Below are positions 39,704 through 49,795 of a stretch of DNA of 64,000 bases, piece by piece; the first letter of the stretch is position 1; every line of letters starts with the position of its first letter. Made by a program: the position numbers and the translations under genes. Source of the DNA: Desulfobacterales bacterium (GTDB taxonomy: Bacteria > Desulfobacterota > Desulfobacteria > Desulfobacterales > UBA5616); NCBI GenBank assembly GCA_046483495.1, contig JAWODC010000044.1, positions 96,001 to 160,000 on the forward strand, given 5' to 3'. Below the pieces are notes generated by a model that saw nothing but the letters and a program-made list of their open reading frames with translations, ran no database searches and was not told where the DNA came from.

Positions 39704-40285
39704 CTAAGCGTTGCCCGCCGTGTTCGATAAAAAAGACGGATCAATTCCCACCCGCTTCATGGCTTCCTTCCATTTTTCGGAAATCGGAGTACTAAAAATA
39801 ATGTCGTCGAACGCCGGGCATGTTATCCAGGAATTTTGCCGTATCTCCGACTCCAATTGTCCCGGTCCCCAGCCCGCGCAACCCATAAAAATCATATAAT
39901 AACGGGGACCGGTTCCCAATGAAATCGCCTCGAGCAGATCCATCGTGTTGCTCATGGCCAATACGGAAGATACCTTAAAGCACCCCTCCCAGTCGAATGG
40001 CGGTCCGTGAAGAATGAAAATCTCATTGCTGTGAACCGGCCCTCCAAAATAGACGGGAATGTCATCGGCACCGGAAACATCGTGCAATTGCAGCTCTTCA
40101 AACAGGTCTTTTCCTGAAACCATCGAAAAAAGTCGGTTGATGATCAAACCGACCGACCCCAGAGATGTATGTTCGCATATACACGTCACAGTCATGGAAA
40201 AGTTAGGATCCATCAGACCCGGCATCGCAATGATAAAATTTCCCTTAAGCGAGTCCGTCCCTATGTTTTTTTTTGCATGTGCCAC
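39704..40285 (-). CDS. YqgE/AlgH family protein
   Basis: IAMPGLMDPNF, GLIINR, GGPV, GWGPGQLESEI motifs. Confidence 0.95.
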   Translation of the reverse strand: MAHAKKNIGTDSLKGNFIIAMPGLMDPNFSMTVTCICEHTSLGSVGLIINRLFSMVSGKDLFEELQLHDVSGADDIPVYFGGPVHSNEIFILHGPPFDWEGCFKVSSVLAMSNTMDLLEAISLGTGPRYYMIFMGCAGWGPGQLESEIRQNSWITCPAFDDIIFSTPISEKWKEAMKRVGIDPSFLSNTAGNA

Positions 40286-40417
40286 GTTCTCCCCCCTTTA
40301 ACGCGTTGTTCAAAGGCTTTTATCCGGATTTATCACTTTTATCGATGATGATCAAGCAATGCAGCATTACATAATCGTTTGTAATATGATGAAAATCATC
40401 CTGAATCGCTTTGCCGC

Positions 40418-40446
40418 TTGACCCGGTTGGAAATAATTTGTAATTT
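40418..40446 (+). promoter_or_regulatory. Sigma70-type promoter upstream of glycerate kinase
   Basis: TTGACC-17 nt-TAATTT. Confidence 0.45.
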
Positions 40447-40455
40447 GGGACCGCT

Positions 40456-41802
40456 TTGCGATTCCCTACTGCCAAATCAATTCACACCCTGCGAAAAGAC
40501 GCCGCGGATATATGGCTGTCCGGCGTTCATGCCGTACACCCCTTACAGGCGACTTTCCGATTTTGCAGCCGCAAACAGGGGGTATTCAGTATTAACGGCA
40601 CCTCATATGACCTCGATCGTTTTAAACGCGTTTTTGTCATCGGTGCCGGAAAAGCGACCGCCTCCATGGCGAAGGCGATCGAGAACCTGCTTGCGGATCG
40701 AATCGACACCGGGCTGATCAATGTCAAATATGGTCATACCGAATCCTTATCGCGGATTCGCATGAATGAAGCCGGCCATCCGACCCCGGATGTGAGCGGT
40801 TTGTCCGGAGCTGCGGAAATGTTTCGCATGGCTCAGTCGGCTGCCGCAGACGATTTGATATTGTGTTTGATATCGGGAGGCGGTTCTGCGCTGCTGCCGC
40901 TGCCGGCGGACGGCATTTCCCTGTCGGACAAACAACGAACCATTCAGGCGCTTTTATCATGCGGCGCTGCGATTCACGAAATAAACACCATACGCAAACA
41001 TATTTCTGCGATTAAAGGAGGCCGGCTCGCAAAAGCAGCCGCACCGGCTTCTGTTTTTACATTGATACTCTCCGATGTCATCGGTGACGATCCGGCGGCG
41101 ATTGCATCAGGCCCTACGGTTCCGGACAATACAACCTTTCAGGACTGCATAACGGTAGTCGACAAATACCGGCTATGGGACATGCTGCCGGCATCCGTTC
41201 TGCAGCACATAAAAGATGGTGCAGCAGGTCAACGGGACGAAACGTTAAAGACTTCGGATTCGGATTTCGGCAATTCGGCACATGCCGTTATCGGAAGCAA
41301 TTCCGACGCGCTTGCCGCCGCCAGAAACAAAGCGGAATCGCTGGGGTATCATACGATGATTTTATCCAGCCTCATCAGCGGCGAAACGAAACCGGCAGCA
41401 GAATTTCATGCCGCCATTGCCGCTGAAATCAGAAAATCGGGGAATCCGGTCCCGCCGCCTGCCTGTATTCTTTCCGGTGGAGAAACCACCGTCCACGTAA
41501 CAGGCACGGGCCTCGGTGGACGAAATATGGAATTTGCGCTGGCTTATACAGCGGCAGCGGCCGGACAGATCGATTTTATATGCCTAAGCGCCGGAACCGA
41601 CGGTACGGACGGCCCTACAGATGCGGCCGGCGCCTTTTCCCATGCACTTACGCTGAAAAATGCGAAGCAATGCGGGATGCGGCCGGATGCATTTCTCGCC
41701 GAAAATGACAGTTATCACTTCTTCCAGCGAATCGGAGATCTTTTCGTTACGGGGCCGACCAACACCAATGTCATGGACCTGAGAGTTTTGATCGTGGTAT
41801 AA
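40456..41802 (+). CDS. Glycerate 2-kinase (MOFRL/DUF4147 family)
   Basis: GAGKA, GHPTPD, LISGGGSAL, SGGETTV, GGRN, GTDGTDG and TGPTNTNVMD. Confidence 0.95.
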   Translation: MRFPTAKSIHTLRKDAADIWLSGVHAVHPLQATFRFCSRKQGVFSINGTSYDLDRFKRVFVIGAGKATASMAKAIENLLADRIDTGLINVKYGHTESLSRIRMNEAGHPTPDVSGLSGAAEMFRMAQSAAADDLILCLISGGGSALLPLPADGISLSDKQRTIQALLSCGAAIHEINTIRKHISAIKGGRLAKAAAPASVFTLILSDVIGDDPAAIASGPTVPDNTTFQDCITVVDKYRLWDMLPASVLQHIKDGAAGQRDETLKTSDSDFGNSAHAVIGSNSDALAAARNKAESLGYHTMILSSLISGETKPAAEFHAAIAAEIRKSGNPVPPPACILSGGETTVHVTGTGLGGRNMEFALAYTAAAAGQIDFICLSAGTDGTDGPTDAAGAFSHALTLKNAKQCGMRPDAFLAENDSYHFFQRIGDLFVTGPTNTNVMDLRVLIVV

Positions 41803-41837
41803 AAAAGGTTATATATGTGTAAAGGATTGAAAACGAT

Positions 41838-42293
41838 ATGCGTGCGGTGATTCAGAGGGTTGAAAAAAGTTCGGTTCGTGTAAACGAAAAACCGATCGGC
41901 ACGATCGGCAACGGACTGATGGTGCTGCTCGGCGTCGGCAGAGAAGACGGCTTTGCAGATGTTCGTTACCTATGTGACAAAATCGTTAACCTGAGAATTT
42001 TCGAAGACGATCGTGGGAAAATGAACCGTTCGCTGGTGGAAATCGGCGGAGAGATGCTGGTGGTTTCCCAGTTCACCCTGTACGGCGACTGCAGAAAAGG
42101 CCGGCGCCCCTCGTTTACGGCCGCCGCAGAACCGGAAAAAGCGAATGACTTATACGAACAATTCGTTTCGTGCGTAAAAAAAAATGGAATCGCCGTTCAG
42201 ACGGGCAGGTTTCAGGCCGTCATGTCTGTTTGCATCGTCAATGACGGCCCGGTCACCCTCATAATCGACAGCAAGGAAAAGAAGAAAGAATGA
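41838..42293 (+). CDS. dtd: D-aminoacyl-tRNA deacylase
   Basis: [21 protein letters not shown] and NDGPVT. Confidence 0.98.
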   Translation: MRAVIQRVEKSSVRVNEKPIGTIGNGLMVLLGVGREDGFADVRYLCDKIVNLRIFEDDRGKMNRSLVEIGGEMLVVSQFTLYGDCRKGRRPSFTAAAEPEKANDLYEQFVSCVKKNGIAVQTGRFQAVMSVCIVNDGPVTLIIDSKEKKKE

Positions 42294-43579
42294 TCCCACA
42301 ACACACCATCCGTCTATTTTTTCGATTCAGGCTCTTTCTGCCGCTTCTGATGTGTTTGCCGGTTTTTGTCTCCGCATCTTACGCGGATCGATCACCCCTG
42401 ACCGGTCAAGCAGATGCAAGCCGCCTGTACAGCCAAATCGGGGACCGAGACGCCGTCATCCTCATGGACCCATCCGGCCGCTTAGTGGCGGCAAAACATA
42501 TCAACAGGCCGATCATCCCCGCCTCTACCCTGAAGGTGCTCACCGCATTGGCATCCCTGCACTACCTCGGTGAGAGCCATCGGTTCTCCACCCTGCTCTA
42601 TCAGGATGACGAACACAACTTGTACATCAAGGGTTTTGGTGATCCCTTGCTGGTTTCAGAGACCATAAATGCGATCACCGCCGAACTGGCCGAAAAGCTT
42701 GCCAGCGTAAACGACATCATTCTCGATGCCGGCTATTTCGCCGATCCGATCTCGATTCCCGGCATCAGCGATTCGCTTCAGCCGTATGACGCACCCAATG
42801 GGGCCTTGTGTGCCAATTTCAACACGGTTAATTTCAAACGGCTTGAAAACGGCGTCTATACCAGTGCCGAACCGCAGACCCCCCTTATCCCGTTCGTCAT
42901 GAAGCGCGTACGGTCTTCGGAATGCGATCAGGGAAGGATCATGCTTTCGGCAAAAGCGCATGAATGCATTCTGTACACGGGCCATTTATTCGCTTTTTTC
43001 CTTGAAAAACATGGGGTTCGAACCGGATCACGTATTCGCATGGGCGACTGCGATCCCCATAAGGTCCGACATGTCTACACCCATGTTTCAGAACATGACC
43101 TGATGTCGGTTATCGAGAAAATGCTGCACTATTCCAACAACTATATCGCCAACCAACTGCTTATCGCCGCATCGGCAAAAGCCTACGGAGAGCCGGGATC
43201 ACTCGACAAGGGCGTTGCCGCCATCGAGGCGTTTTGCCGTGAAACCTTCGGTTCAAATGATATCAGCCTATCGGAGGGTTCCGGAATATCCCGAAAAAAC
43301 CGCGTTACAGCGTCTTACATGGCCGGTGTGTTGAAAACGTTTCAACCCTATCACCATCTTTTGCGCAAAGAAAAAAATATCTTTTTCAAAACAGGCACAC
43401 TGCGCGGCATCAGGACACGAATCGGTTATATCGCGGGACGGACGGGCGGGCTTTACCCGTTCGGCATTTTTTTCAACACCCCCGGAAAAACAGATGAGGC
43501 CGTTCTGAAGCAGCTTCGTGAAGTGGTGGACCGAATAGACGGACCAAACCGCGTCGCCGACAATCAGGGCGGAGATTAA
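42290..43579 (+). CDS. dacB: D-Ala-D-Ala carboxypeptidase/endopeptidase (peptidase S13)
   Basis: PASTLK (SxxK), SNN (SxN), GSGISR and KTGTL motifs. Confidence 0.88.
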   Translation: MIPQHTIRLFFRFRLFLPLLMCLPVFVSASYADRSPLTGQADASRLYSQIGDRDAVILMDPSGRLVAAKHINRPIIPASTLKVLTALASLHYLGESHRFSTLLYQDDEHNLYIKGFGDPLLVSETINAITAELAEKLASVNDIILDAGYFADPISIPGISDSLQPYDAPNGALCANFNTVNFKRLENGVYTSAEPQTPLIPFVMKRVRSSECDQGRIMLSAKAHECILYTGHLFAFFLEKHGVRTGSRIRMGDCDPHKVRHVYTHVSEHDLMSVIEKMLHYSNNYIANQLLIAASAKAYGEPGSLDKGVAAIEAFCRETFGSNDISLSEGSGISRKNRVTASYMAGVLKTFQPYHHLLRKEKNIFFKTGTLRGIRTRIGYIAGRTGGLYPFGIFFNTPGKTDEAVLKQLREVVDRIDGPNRVADNQGGD

Positions 43580-43662
43580 CCCCCGCCCGCTCTCAAAATA
43601 CCCTTTCAATTCGGCAAGACCACCCCTGGATTGAGCCGGCGGGATATGCCGATTCAGGCGAT

Positions 43663-44433
43663 CTAGACGCTGGTGATATGCGCATAAGCGCTGTGGTTGT
43701 GGATGGATTCAAAATTTTCCGCACTAACGGAAAACCAGGTGATGTTTTTATCCTTCTGCAGCTTTACGGCAATATCCCGAACGATGTCTTCCACGAATTT
43801 CGGATTTTGATAGGCATATTCCGTGACATGTTTTTCATCGACTCGCTTCAAAACCGAATACACGTCACAAGAGGCGCACGATTCCACGAGTTCGATCATA
43901 TCTTCGAGCCAGATAAACTTTTTAAACCGCGTACTCAATTTTACCCGGCCTCTCTGGTTATGAGCCCCGCAATCGCTGATCTCTTTTGAGCAGGGGCAAA
44001 CAGAGGTGATGGGAACGATGACTTCGCAAACCAGGTCAAGCGTCCCATTGGGGTCACTGGAGCCGATAAAGGTGCAGTCGTAGTCCATGAGTCCCGGCGA
44101 ACTGCTGCGAGGTGCGGATTTTTCGATGAAATAGGGGAAGGCAACCTCAATGTGAGCCGAAGCGGCGTGAATGGCCTTTTTCATCTGGTCAAGGACCATC
44201 GATATATTTTTAAGGGATACTTCGGCACGAAATACATGAAGAATCTCCACAAACCGGCTCATGTGGGTGCCTTTATTCTTATGGGGCAGGTCTACATACA
44301 TGTTGATCGAGGCCACCGTATTTTGAAACGTATTCCGCCGGTCGGCGACTTTTATGGGATATCTCAGATTCTTGATGCCGACCTTATCGATCGGAATGTT
44401 TCGGTAATCTCTTTGATTTTGAACATCTATCAT
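43663..44433 (-). CDS. folE2: GTP cyclohydrolase FolE2
   Basis: KGTHMSRF, CPCSKEIS, AHNQR, NPKFVED and ESIHNH. Confidence 0.96.
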   Translation of the reverse strand: MIDVQNQRDYRNIPIDKVGIKNLRYPIKVADRRNTFQNTVASINMYVDLPHKNKGTHMSRFVEILHVFRAEVSLKNISMVLDQMKKAIHAASAHIEVAFPYFIEKSAPRSSSPGLMDYDCTFIGSSDPNGTLDLVCEVIVPITSVCPCSKEISDCGAHNQRGRVKLSTRFKKFIWLEDMIELVESCASCDVYSVLKRVDEKHVTEYAYQNPKFVEDIVRDIAVKLQKDKNITWFSVSAENFESIHNHSAYAHITSV

Positions 44434-44487
44434 CGTGATCATTTGAATACGATATTCACCTCCATTTTGGTTATTTAAACAGCGGCA

Positions 44488-45219
44488 TCATTGCAGCATA
44501 TAATCCATTTTAACACGGCTCAGCGATCTGAAGATATTTCCTTTAATTTTCTTGTTGCTCTTGTACAGGTCTGACAGCAGCCGCTTAATTTCACTGCGTT
44601 TCGACTGCCGTGCGGAGGGGCATGGATTTGGAAGGTCGAAAAATCCCTGCTCCTCTGCAAACCGACGGATGACATCCTCATCCACGAAAGCCAGCGGGCG
44701 TATGACCGTAAATTTTCCCTCGAAAAAAGATTGGGACGGAACCATCGTACTGATTTCCCCTGTATAGCACATATTCATAAACAAGGTTTCAATGATGTCG
44801 TCTCGATTATGGCCGAACGCGAGTTTATTGCACGCCAATTGGTCGGCGATTTCAAAAAGCCGCTTGCGTCTCAACCAGGAACACAGAAAACAAGGATTTT
44901 CACGATTTTCAGTGCTGTGAGCGATGCGGCCGAAATCCGTTTTTTCGACCCTCAACGGCATTATGGCGGATTCACAAAAGTCCGCCAAACGGCGGCCGAA
45001 AGCGTCATCGAATCCCAAGTCGATGTAAACGGGAAAAAGTTCATAGGTTACCGGAATTCTGAGACGCCGTTCATGCAACATCCATAAGAGCCCCAAGCTG
45101 TCGCTTCCGCCGGATACGGCCACGAGTATTCTGTTCCCGTCGGAGATCATGCGGTAGCGATGCAGCGCCCTGCCCATCGCCTTGTTTATCGTGTTGTATG
45201 TATTGGAATACTTAGGCAT
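44488..45219 (-). CDS. ttcA: TtcA-family tRNA 2-thiocytidine biosynthesis protein
   Basis: PP-loop SGGSDS, CFLCSWLRR, GHNRDD and IRPL. Confidence 0.82.
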   Translation of the reverse strand: MPKYSNTYNTINKAMGRALHRYRMISDGNRILVAVSGGSDSLGLLWMLHERRLRIPVTYELFPVYIDLGFDDAFGRRLADFCESAIMPLRVEKTDFGRIAHSTENRENPCFLCSWLRRKRLFEIADQLACNKLAFGHNRDDIIETLFMNMCYTGEISTMVPSQSFFEGKFTVIRPLAFVDEDVIRRFAEEQGFFDLPNPCPSARQSKRSEIKRLLSDLYKSNKKIKGNIFRSLSRVKMDYMLQ

Positions 45220-45302
45220 CGTGAATGCCGACGCGTGCCCGTTAAAAAAAACCTGTTTACCTGAAACGAAATTCTCATTTCCGGATGGACACCTGTTGAA
45301 TG

Positions 45303-45512
45303 TTACGTTTCGTCTTCCGATGTCTCTTCTTGAATCCGAACTTTACCCGCGGCAATTTCCCGCAATGCCACAACAATATCCTCGTTTTTCGGCGAACTGA
45401 CCAGGTATTCGGCACCCTCCCTGATCTGGCGTACCCGTTTGGCGGCCATGTTCACCAGAACAAACCGGTTCGGCACTCGTTTCAGGCAGTCTTCAATCGT
45501 AATGCGCGCCAC
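45303..45512 (-). CDS. rpoZ: RNA polymerase omega subunit
   Basis: MARITIEDCL..VPNRFVLV..AAKRVRQ...ALREIA. Confidence 0.97.
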   Translation of the reverse strand: MARITIEDCLKRVPNRFVLVNMAAKRVRQIREGAEYLVSSPKNEDIVVALREIAAGKVRIQEETSEDET

Positions 45513-45614
45513 GTTTTCACCTCCATTTATTTTTTTAAATCATAGAATGATGATCACAAGGTTTACAGCATCACCGGACATAGCGCCGGGACAGTGCACA
45601 CTCATCATGATATA

Positions 45615-46082
45615 TCATAAAATTTCGACGACTTCATAGCACCGCTTTCCGCCCGGAGCCTGAAGCAGGACTTCATCTCCAGGTTTTTTGCCGATAACGG
45701 CTTTGCCTAACGGGGATGCAATGGAAATCCGCCCCAATTCGATATTGCTTTCCTCCGGCCCCACCAATTGATATTCCACCCGTTCCCCGGTATCTATATT
45801 TTCCAGAACGACGGTGGAGGCAAACACCGCTCGATCCTTGGGCAGCGTTCTCGTGTCGATGATTTCTGCATGGGCCAGCTTATAGCTCAATTCGTTTATT
45901 TTAGACTCGATAAAGCTTTGGCGGTCTTTTGCAGCTGCAAATTCCGCATTCTCGGACAAATCACCGTGAGCGCGGGCTTCTTCTATGGCTTTGATATTTT
46001 CCGGCCTTTCAACCGATTTAATGTGGTCAAGCTCTTTTCTTAGCGTTTGGTATCCTTGCCGGGTTATGGGGAATCTATCCAA
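45615..46082 (-). CDS. greA: Transcription elongation factor GreA
   Basis: ARAHGDLSENAE and ISIASPLGKA. Confidence 0.97.
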   Translation of the reverse strand: MDRFPITRQGYQTLRKELDHIKSVERPENIKAIEEARAHGDLSENAEFAAAKDRQSFIESKINELSYKLAHAEIIDTRTLPKDRAVFASTVVLENIDTGERVEYQLVGPEESNIELGRISIASPLGKAVIGKKPGDEVLLQAPGGKRCYEVVEIL

Positions 46083-46149
46083 TTATCCTCCTTTTCGGCA
46101 TCTTCCTGAACATGTATTTCACCTTTTTTCCGGATGGTGCGCTCGGCAC

Positions 46150-47220
46150 CTATTCGTTTTCTTCCACGTACTTGACGATGAGGTCCCCCACCTGACCGGT
46201 GGAATACCCCATTTTACCCGCACCGAGATCCTTTATATCTTCCTTGAGCACTTTCATGACGGCCCGTTCGATCATGTTCGCGCCGTTTTCCCGGTTCAGC
46301 GTCTCGAGCATGATCTGGGCGGCCGATATAGCGGCTATCGGGTTTATCACGTTTAAACCGGTATACTTCGGTGCCGACCCGCCGATCGGTTCGAACATGG
46401 AAACACCAGCCGGGTTGATATTGCCTCCGGCGGCGATCCCCATTCCCCCCTGCACCATCGCCCCTAAATCGGTAATAATATCACCAAACATATTGTCCGT
46501 AACGATAACATCGAACCATTCAGGATTTTTTACCATCCACATGCACGTCGCATCCACGTGAGCGTAATCCGCCTCAATTTCAGGGTATTCTTTTGCTGTT
46601 TCAAAAAATACCCGCTCCCACAAATCGAATGCATAGGTCAATACATTGGTCTTGCCGCAAAGGGTGATCTTTTTTTTCCGGTTTCTTTTTAGGCAGTACT
46701 CAAACGCAAAACGGATGCACCGCTCCACCCCTTTCCGGGTATTGATCGATTCCTGAACCGCCACTTCATCCGGCGTACCCCTCTTCAGGCACCCTCCGGC
46801 GCCGGTATACAACCCCTCCGTATTTTCCCGGACCACGACAAAGTCGATGTCGTCCGGACCTTTGTCTTTCAAAGGGGTGTCCACACCCTCATAGAGCTTC
46901 ACCGGCCTCAAGTTGACGTACTGGTCCAATTCGAATCTAAGCCGCAGCAGAATTCCTTTTTCAAGCAGCCCGGGCTTAACGTCCGGATGGCCGATCGCCC
47001 CCAAATAGATGGCATCCTGTTTGGATATGGATGCAAGGGTATCGTCCGAAAGAATTTCTCCCGTTTCCATATAGTGGTCCCCACCCAGTGGGTACGGGAC
47101 GAAATGGATATGAAAACCGCATTTTGCCGAGACGGCTTTCAATACTTTAACGCCTTCGTTCACCACTTCCGGACCGGTGCCGTCTCCCGGTATCAACGCA
47201 ATCTCATAAGTATTTTTCAT
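46150..47220 (-). CDS. leuB: 3-isopropylmalate dehydrogenase
   Basis: PGDGTGPEV, VRENTEG, NMFGDIITD and FEPIGGSAP. Confidence 0.9.
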   Translation of the reverse strand: MKNTYEIALIPGDGTGPEVVNEGVKVLKAVSAKCGFHIHFVPYPLGGDHYMETGEILSDDTLASISKQDAIYLGAIGHPDVKPGLLEKGILLRLRFELDQYVNLRPVKLYEGVDTPLKDKGPDDIDFVVVRENTEGLYTGAGGCLKRGTPDEVAVQESINTRKGVERCIRFAFEYCLKRNRKKKITLCGKTNVLTYAFDLWERVFFETAKEYPEIEADYAHVDATCMWMVKNPEWFDVIVTDNMFGDIITDLGAMVQGGMGIAAGGNINPAGVSMFEPIGGSAPKYTGLNVINPIAAISAAQIMLETLNRENGANMIERAVMKVLKEDIKDLGAGKMGYSTGQVGDLIVKYVEENE

Positions 47221-47254
47221 ATGCTTCGATCACCTCTACTCGTTTGCTGTTTCA

Positions 47255-47281
47255 CCGATGAGCCGTTGAACGGCTCATTGG
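47255..47281. other. Hairpin between pssA and leuB
   Basis: CCGATGAGCCGT-TGA-ACGGCTCATTGG. Confidence 0.45.
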
Positions 47282-47324
47282 ATCAATCGAACGTTCTATG
47301 GATCTCCTGTAATCTGGAATTTTC

Positions 47325-48077
47325 TTAGGTGTCTCTCGCCTCGGCTTTCTGTTGCCTAATCTCAACGTACCGCCGAACGGAATTGACCGGACCTGAAAGG
47401 ATATAGGAGAACCCTAACAGAAACAGGGTTATGGCCGGCTGCGCCGCGATCAGAATGATGACCAGAATTGCAGCGACCAACACATTGAAGTTCATCCGAT
47501 TGAAAAGTTCAGGCTGTTTAAAACTGTAATATTTAATCGTACTGACCATCAAAAAGGATAAGCCGTACAGAAAAATAAGTACCGCCAACGGGTTGACGTC
47601 TCCCGGCGTTTGGATACGATTCGCCAGCAATACGGCCGCCGCCGTCATTCCAGCCGCCGCCGGTATGGGAAGCCCTACGAAATGGTCATTGTCGACGGTC
47701 CCGGCCTGGGTGTTGAATCGCGCCAACCGCAATGCGCCGCAGGCCAAAAAAAGGAATGCCGCCAACCACCCGATCCTTCCAAGCGGCTCCAACGCCCACA
47801 TGAACATCATTAAACCCGGCGCTATACCGAACGAAACAAGGTCCGCCAGCGAATCGTATTCGATCCCGAATTTGCTCGTCGTATTCGTCGCTCTGGCAAT
47901 TTTTCCATCCAGCATATCGAAAACCGCAGCGATCATAATGACGATCGCCGCCTGTATAAATTGTCCGTTGATTGAACAAATGATGGAGAAAAATCCGAAA
48001 AACATGTTGAATGTCGTAAACAGATTGGGAAGAATGTAAATTCCCCGCCCCCGTTTATTTCTCGATTTCCGCCTCAC
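47325..48077 (-). CDS. pssA: CDP-diacylglycerol--serine O-phosphatidyltransferase
   Basis: LPNLFT, DMLDGKIAR...FGIEYDSLADLVSFG, LRLARFN and FVGLP. Confidence 0.95.
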   Translation of the reverse strand: MRRKSRNKRGRGIYILPNLFTTFNMFFGFFSIICSINGQFIQAAIVIMIAAVFDMLDGKIARATNTTSKFGIEYDSLADLVSFGIAPGLMMFMWALEPLGRIGWLAAFLFLACGALRLARFNTQAGTVDNDHFVGLPIPAAAGMTAAAVLLANRIQTPGDVNPLAVLIFLYGLSFLMVSTIKYYSFKQPELFNRMNFNVLVAAILVIILIAAQPAITLFLLGFSYILSGPVNSVRRYVEIRQQKAEARDT

Positions 48078-48751
48078 GATAAATACCCCATGATCGATAC
48101 GCCTGCCTTGACGTTTTCTCCGATCGTTGCATTGACATCGAGGTCGGAAGGAAGATAAATATCGAGCCGGGAACCGAAACAGATCAACCCGAACCGCTGC
48201 CCGCGCCTGAAGTGATCGCCTTCCTGTGCATGAGAGATGATGCGCCGGGCAATCATTCCTGCAATCTGAATAATGCAGATATCTCTTCCTTCGTCTGTTT
48301 TCACATATACGGCGTTCCGCTCATTTTTTTCTGATGCTTTGTCCAGGCTCGCATTGAAAAAGGTCCCCGGATGATAATCCGTCTTGGTGATCATCCCGGA
48401 TTCGCAGATGCGGTTTACATGAACATTGAAAATGCTCATGAATATGCTGATCTTGATGCAGGAGGTCGGATAATACGGTGTTTCATCCAACCGTTCGATT
48501 CGGATCACCTTCCCGTCGGCGGGTGAAACCACTGCACCCTGCCGCGTCGGAATAACGCGATCCGGGTCCCTGAAAAAAAAACAAACGAAAACGGTCACCA
48601 TCAGTGCGAGAATCGCCAAAACGGTCAATTGCAAGAGCGCCAGAACCCCTGTTACAAATGCCGATGCAAAAATAAAGGGGTATCCGGCCCTGGCAATCGA
48701 AAAGGCCGTCGCACCCGGTTTATCCGACCAGGCGTAATCATCCATATGCAT
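48074..48751 (-). CDS. psd: Phosphatidylserine decarboxylase proenzyme
   Basis: FFRDPDR, SPADG, FNVHVNR, NER and FGSR cleavage motif. Start 48751 or 48745. Confidence 0.95.
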   Translation of the reverse strand: MHMDDYAWSDKPGATAFSIARAGYPFIFASAFVTGVLALLQLTVLAILALMVTVFVCFFFRDPDRVIPTRQGAVVSPADGKVIRIERLDETPYYPTSCIKISIFMSIFNVHVNRICESGMITKTDYHPGTFFNASLDKASEKNERNAVYVKTDEGRDICIIQIAGMIARRIISHAQEGDHFRRGQRFGLICFGSRLDIYLPSDLDVNATIGENVKAGVSIMGYLS

Positions 48752-48794
48752 ATTCCAACAGTTTTGTTGCAACGGAATTTATAAAAATTTTATA

Positions 48795-48823
48795 TTTATA
48801 CCCAGCCCGTCGGGACTTGTCAA
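48795..48823 (-). promoter_or_regulatory. Sigma70-type promoter for psd-pssA
   Basis: TTGACA-17 nt-TATAAA. Confidence 0.65.
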
Positions 48824-49054
48824 TAATAACCGGGGACTTACCGTTCAATTATATGGATGCTTGACAGAGCCGTTGGGCCCGTTTGCCGGCAATTGGAGCG
48901 AGATGGGAGAGACGGGCGCGGCGAGCGGACGGGATGGGCCTTCCACTCGGTTGGGGCTTGCATTGGTTGAATGTATACCATTATGGCGCGGGTGGCGGAT
49001 GAATGCAGCCGATATGCGGACCATGTTTTTACCCCGCCTTCGGCGATGGTGCCC

Positions 49055-49783
49055 TTAACGTTTGTTTTTACGGGCTGCTGTCGTTTTCTTTTCGGCATAG
49101 TGGATTACAGCTTTTAGAAGCGATGCGCTGTGTCCGATTTGACGGTAAGCCTCGGCTTTGGATATCAGCCTGTTTTCATTTTCGAGTTCGGCTCCCTTTC
49201 TAATCGACAGATTTGCAATCCGGGCGATGTGCGCCGCCACATCCTTTTCCGAATCGAGTGAAATCGGATAAATCGCTATCTTGTCGAGATGTTTCAAGAC
49301 ATCGGCATTGATGCGGCCGTCGGTGAGGGAATGGCATCTTTTGTTGTACGCGTTATATTCGGTGTTGTGAAGGGGCTGCGACAGGTCTCCGATGTAATGC
49401 GCGCAAAACGCCATGTGATTTTCCGGGTATTCACCACGGGAGGCCTCCTCGATATACGTTCTCAAAGAACCGAGGATGGCACCGTAAAGATGCCCTGAAA
49501 ACGTGAGTTTATCATATTTTTCAGCCTGCTCGAACACCATTTCGGTCGTAATGACACGGTCATGGGGATTGGCCGAATAATGGTTTAACGACTCGCGTCT
49601 TCCGGCTTTTACTTTCACCAGGTCCGCCGCGGCGGCATTGTACCACTTTTTGTAGCCGGCCGCCTTGGCAATGGCGATATGCGTTTCATCATACCACGCT
49701 CCGGCAAGGTCCGGCAGCCACAGCAGAGGGAGAAACAGCAACAAAACGGTTGCACGAGACGCTGAAGCAACGATTTTTTTCAT
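49055..49783 (-). CDS. Secreted zinc-dependent phospholipase C / S1-P1 nuclease fold protein
   Basis: Signal peptide then W..ETH (mature N-terminal Trp), HYIGDLSQPLH and H...D. Confidence 0.78.
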   Translation of the reverse strand: MKKIVASASRATVLLLFLPLLWLPDLAGAWYDETHIAIAKAAGYKKWYNAAAADLVKVKAGRRESLNHYSANPHDRVITTEMVFEQAEKYDKLTFSGHLYGAILGSLRTYIEEASRGEYPENHMAFCAHYIGDLSQPLHNTEYNAYNKRCHSLTDGRINADVLKHLDKIAIYPISLDSEKDVAAHIARIANLSIRKGAELENENRLISKAEAYRQIGHSASLLKAVIHYAEKKTTAARKNKR

Positions 49784-49795
49784 TCGGTAATGCGG

